In this document: piece by piece, positions 62,425 to 64,000 of the stretch | Layout of the letters: each line of letters opens with the position of its first letter | Position numbering within the stretch: position 1 is the first letter of the stretch | Source: Scyliorhinus canicula | Taxonomy: Eukaryota | Direction: 5' to 3' | Length of the DNA stretch: 64,000 bases | NCBI RefSeq assembly: GCF_902713615.1 | Contig: NW_024055461.1 | Location: forward strand, 1,225,877 to 1,289,876 | Program-made: the position numbers and the translations under genes | The notes under the pieces: model-generated | What the model was told of the DNA's origin: nothing | The model's input: the letters and a program-made list of their open reading frames with translations, nothing else | The model's database searches: none

Positions 62425-63330
62425 GAAAATGACTGAATTTGACATCAAGGCAGCATTTGAACGAGTGTGGCGTCAAGCAACCCAAACAAAAATGGAATCG
62501 ATGGGAATCAGGAGAACAATCTCTGCTGGTTGGAGTCATAACCAGCACCAAGGCAGATGGTTTCCGCTGCTGGAGGTCAATCATCTCAATTCCAGGACAT
62601 CACATCAAAAGTTCCTCAGAGCATTGTCTTTTCAGTTTATTCGCCAATGACCTTCTTTAAATCATAAAGTGAGAAGTGGGGTTGTTCTCTGATGATTGCA
62701 GCTTGTTCAGCACCATTATTAACTGTGCAGATACTGAAGAGGTTTATCTGCAAATAAAACAAGATGGGGGCTATGTCCAGGCTTCGGCTAACAAGTGGTC
62801 AGTAACAATCACGTCACACACTTGAAGGAAATGGTCACCCCAGCAAGAATGGATCTTATGATCACCTCTTGGCATTCATCATTGAATCCCCCACCATCAA
62901 CATGCGAGGGATTAACATGGACCTGAAAGTGATCTGGATGAGCCACGTACAATTTGTGGCCAGAAGAACTGATCAGAGGTGAGGAATCCTGCGGTGTAAA
63001 ACTCAACTCCTGTCTCCCCAAAGCTTGTCTACCATCTAAAGATCCACTGCAGAAGCTCATGAAGACTCCTTAGACAATACCTTCGAAACCCATGACATTA
63101 CAATGTGGACAAGGACAGCAGACACACCAACTGTAAGTTCTTCCCCAGGTCACTCAACACCATTCCTTCAATTTCGCTGGTTCAACATCCTGTAACTGCC
63201 CCCGACACAACACCAGATGGACTGAGTGGTTGATGAAGGAAGCTCACCACCATCTTGTCAAGTGCAATAAGGAATGGGAAATAAATGCTGGCCGAGCCAG
63301 AGACGTCTACATCACAAGAATGAAGAAATA
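62425..63330 (+). mobile_element. CR1/L2-group LINE RT 3' relic
   Basis: FDIKAAFERVW motif; tail gggaaataaatgctggcc. Confidence 0.75.
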
Positions 63331-63466
63331 CAACACACTCTCTCTGACACAGTATTGCAATAATATTACTAAAAATTCCCATTTGCAAAATGAAAATGCA
63401 TTAAGTTGCAGAAATGTTCATTGTTCCAGTTCTGAATTGTTTAGTGAAAAATGAAATGACATCGGC

Positions 63467-63595
63467 ATTAAAGCAGCTGCCCAGTGATCTACACTGCTGT
63501 CTGACTTTACACAGCCGGTGTTACTGAAAGTATTAAAGTAGCTGCCCAGTGATCTACACTGCTGTCTGACTGTACACAGCCAGTGTTACTGAAAG
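63467..63595. repeat. 65-bp direct tandem duplication
   Basis: Units start at 63467 and 63532. Confidence 0.85.
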
Positions 63596-63779
63596 CTGAT
63601 CAATGTGGAGAATAAGGACAGGATGGATGGAGAGGAAGAGGAGGGGGTGGGGAGCCGAATGGAGGAGCCCCCAGCTCGGCTGTGGATAACAGGCAACAGA
63701 AAGCTGAGCCTGAGCGGAAAATCATCCAGGGAAACATCGTCCTAATGGGCTGGGAGCACCCGGGAATGATCACTCACAC

Positions 63780-64000
63780 ACGGTCACTCACTCACTCACT
63801 CACTCACCTATCTTCACTCATTCACTTACCCTCATTCACCATGCTCACAGTCACTGATTGACCCTCACTCCCCCATCCTAACACCCACCCTCACTCACCT
63901 ACCCTCACACTCACCTTCACTCACCCACCCTCACACCCACCCTCACTCACCTACCCTCACACTCACCTTCACTCACCCACCCTCACACCCACCCTCACTC
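63780..64000. repeat. C/A-rich minisatellite (ccctcacacccaccctcactcacct...)
   Basis: Tandem CTCAC-based units running off the window. Confidence 0.85.

Noticed and set aside
60889-62650. Long His/Thr/Leu/Ser-rich ORFs (up to 291 aa)
   Set aside because: Artefact of CA/CT low complexity, which lacks stop codons, and of the N gap.
57498-64000. IgH constant (CH1) exon
   Set aside because: No C1-set Ig motif ORF with splice sites was found; C exons probably lie beyond the window.

Overview
Cartilaginous-fish (shark) genomic DNA; the SINE families suggest a catshark, which is an inference. (1) 0.35-13.1 kb: tRNA gene cluster. A diverged inverted block is followed by about five homogenised ~2.27-kb tandem units, each carrying tRNA-Arg(ACG), tRNA-Val(AAC/TAC), a second Val-body tRNA and a dead Penelope GIY-YIG fragment. 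Two copies of the second Val-body gene have a Thr-type UGU anticodon. No TTTT terminator separates them from the next tRNA-Arg. (2) 13.1-17.0 kb: a 5'-truncated, frameshifted L1-clade LINE joined directly to the last tRNA's discriminator base, ending the array. (3) 17-55 kb: repeat-dense DNA (CR1, CR1/L2-group and RTE LINE relics, V-SINE and DeuSINE-like SINEs, minisatellites, an old segmental duplication). It includes a young 4.4-kb Penelope-like element with a 10-bp TSD and three minimal hammerhead ribozyme motifs, a 225-bp mini-element with the same termini, and an apparently perfect 1126-bp inverted duplication. (4) 55.6-57.5 kb: an unrearranged IgM-type heavy-chain cluster L-VH-D1-D2-JH with 23/12-22/12-12/23 RSS, followed by J-C intron. 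No constant exon was recognised in the window. Boundaries of degenerate repeats are by-eye estimates (tens of bp), and no database search was run.
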